From: Malacoraja senta
Taxonomy: Eukaryota
Assembly (NCBI GenBank): GCA_038087875.1
Contig: CM075990.1
Span: 1,986,001-2,050,000, forward strand
Direction: 5' to 3'
Length of the DNA stretch: 64,000 nt
Shown: piece by piece, positions 61,994 through 64,000 of the stretch
Numbering within the stretch: the stretch's first letter is position 1
Layout: every line of letters begins with the position of its first letter
Notes under the pieces: model-generated
Database searches by the model: none
What the model saw: only the letters and a program-made list of their open reading frames with translations
What the model was told of the DNA's origin: nothing
Translations under genes and position numbers: made by a program

Positions 61994-62290
61994 GCAGCAC
62001 GGTGGTGCAGCAGTAGAGATTTTCTACCTCACAGTGCCAGAGACCTGGGTTCGATCCTGACTAGGGCTGCTTGTCTACGCAGTTTGTACATTATCCCCGT
62101 GAGCCGCGTGGGTTTTCTCCGGGAGCTTCCGTTTCCTCCCACACTCCAAAGACGTGCGGGTTTACAGGCTAATTGGCTTGGTATCATTGTAAATTGCCCC
62201 TAGTGCGTGTCTGATAGGCGCGGACTCAGTGGGCCCTAGGGCCTGTTCCCGCTCTGTATCTCTAAACACCAAACTAAAAAACTAAACTAA
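61994..62290 (+). mobile_element. V-SINE
   Basis: Head, V domain and (aaact)n tail. Confidence 0.85.
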
Positions 62291-63069
62291 AAAGTGCTGG
62301 AGTAACACAGCGGGTCAGGCAGCATCTCTGGAGGAAAAGGACGGGTGATGTTTCGGGTGGCAACCCCTCTTCTAAACTAAAACTGAACAGTGTTCTGTGA
62401 ACGATGGAGGATTGCTGAACTGTCCAGGTGGGCACGATGATACTCTAGTTGGTCAGGAGGTATCTGCCAAAAAGATTTGCTCAGTGAGGATAAAGTTCAA
62501 AGCCGTATCTTGTTCCTAAAGGAAGCCTTGCTCAGAGTGTCACAAGGCAACCTACAGTGAGCTTAAAATGACTTTGTGTGAGGAAGATTTTCTTTTCTTT
62601 GGACAGCTTCTACACATGACCATAGTGCTCCCTGACATTTCAGCAAGATAATAGCTCAATTTATTACCTTGATATTAAGGATTCCTAGCTCGGTTAGTTC
62701 TCCAAAGATGATTCAATGTCAGGTTATTTATTAAGTAGTTGAAGGTCAAGGATTGCAGAAATTCACCGTGGGTTTATGAAAGGAAAAAGTGCGTAATGAT
62801 TACTGTGGTTCATTGAGGCTGCAGCTCGTAGAATAAAGGACAGAACCATGGATAGACACAAAAAGCTGGAGCAACTCAGCGGGTCAGACAGCATCTGGCG
62901 AAAAGGAATAGGTGACGTTTCGGGTCGAGACCCTTCTTACCCAACAGAACCATGGATTTGTGTATTTAGTAGTAGACGCAGGTACTGATCTCTGCACCAT
63001 CAATGGGATCGACAAGAGGTACTGCCTCAAAATGGCAGCCAATATCGTCAAAGACCCACCCAACCTCCC

Positions 63070-63983
63070 AAGGTCAGGGGTGATCTTACAGAGGTGTATA
63101 AGATCATGAGGTGAATAGATAGGGTAGATGCACAGAATCTTTTATCAACAGTAGGGGAACCGAGAACCAGAGGTGAGAGTGGAAAGATTTACTAGGAACC
63201 TGAGGGGTAACTTTTTTCACACCAGGTGGTGGGTCTACGGAATGAGCTACCAGAGGAGGTAGTTGAGGCAGGTGCAATAACACCATTTAAAAGGCATTTG
63301 GATAGGTACATGGATAGGATAGGTTTAGACGGATGGAAGTGCAGGGAATGGGGGAATATGGATCATGTACAGGCAGATGAGATCGCTTGAACTTGGCATC
63401 ATGTTCGGAACAAACATTGTGGGCCGAAGGGCCCGTTCCTGTGCTGTACTGTTCTATGTTCAATGTAAGTATGTGCAGTTGGTCTCTTAACATGGCTTCC
63501 CACCCCTTTGGTAGTCAGTTTGCCCTTCTCAAGTCGTGCAACAATTTCTCCGGATATTTCGCTTGGGCAGCTTACATCCCCAGCGGTATGAGTTGATTTC
63601 TCTCACTTCAAGTAGCCCTTGCATCCTCTATCTCTCTCTCCGTCCCTCCCCCACCATAGTCGTAGTACGTGTTTCACTGTTGTCCTGTTGCGTTTCACCG
63701 TCTGTACAACTCGCTGTCACCGACCCAACAGCCAACAATGGACCATTGTGGGCTCCACCTTTCCATGATCAGCGTTGCTTTTTGCACATCTTTCATTCAT
63801 TTGTCCAAAGTACTGTCTATATCCCTCGTTTCCCATTCCCCTGACTCTCAGTCTGAAGGAGGGTCTCGACCCGAAACGTCGCCTATTCCTTCTCTCCAGA
63901 GATGCTGCCTGACCCGCTGAGTTACTCCAGCTTTTTTGTGTCTATCTTCGGTTTAAACCGGCATCTGCAGTTCCTTCCTGCAC
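63070..63983 (+). mobile_element. CR1 3' fragment (63070-63465) and PLE 3' end with pLTR (63550-63983)
   Basis: NLRGNFF...NELPEEVVEAG; IFRLGSLHP; ctgaaggagggtctcgacccgaaacgtc. Confidence 0.85.
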
Positions 63984-64000
63984 AATTCCACCTATCCATT

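Overview
Repeat-dense vertebrate genomic DNA. The repeat set (V-SINE/HE1-like SINEs sharing 3' tails with CR1 LINEs, and abundant Penelope-like pseudo-LTRs) suggests a cartilaginous fish, probably a skate or ray; this is an inference. No host protein-coding exon can be identified with confidence, and almost every long ORF belongs to a transposable element. Main structures: (1) a minus-strand L1 (~6.9-18.4 kb) split by a young class I endogenous retrovirus at 9851-16306 (near-identical LTRs, AGTC TSD, tRNA-Ser-like PBS). Its leader carries ~16 tandem 72-bp hairpin+U7 units, and its only ORF is an in-frame Gag(MA, PPPY)-RNase H tail-integrase fusion. (2) A CR1 fragment hit 16 bp apart by a Harbinger element and a 3-kb composite non-autonomous Helitron. 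(3) A Harbinger MADF pseudogene with reconstructable introns, carrying nested Penelope, DNA-transposon and Ingi/Vingi insertions. (4) RTE, CR1, Rex1/Babar and Gypsy fragments and a 200-N gap. (5) About 20 Penelope pLTR repeats carrying a minimal hammerhead-ribozyme motif. (6) An ISL2EU-type MITE holding an inverted duplication of a THAP exon. A few unique islands contain candidate plus-strand host exons or enhancers.
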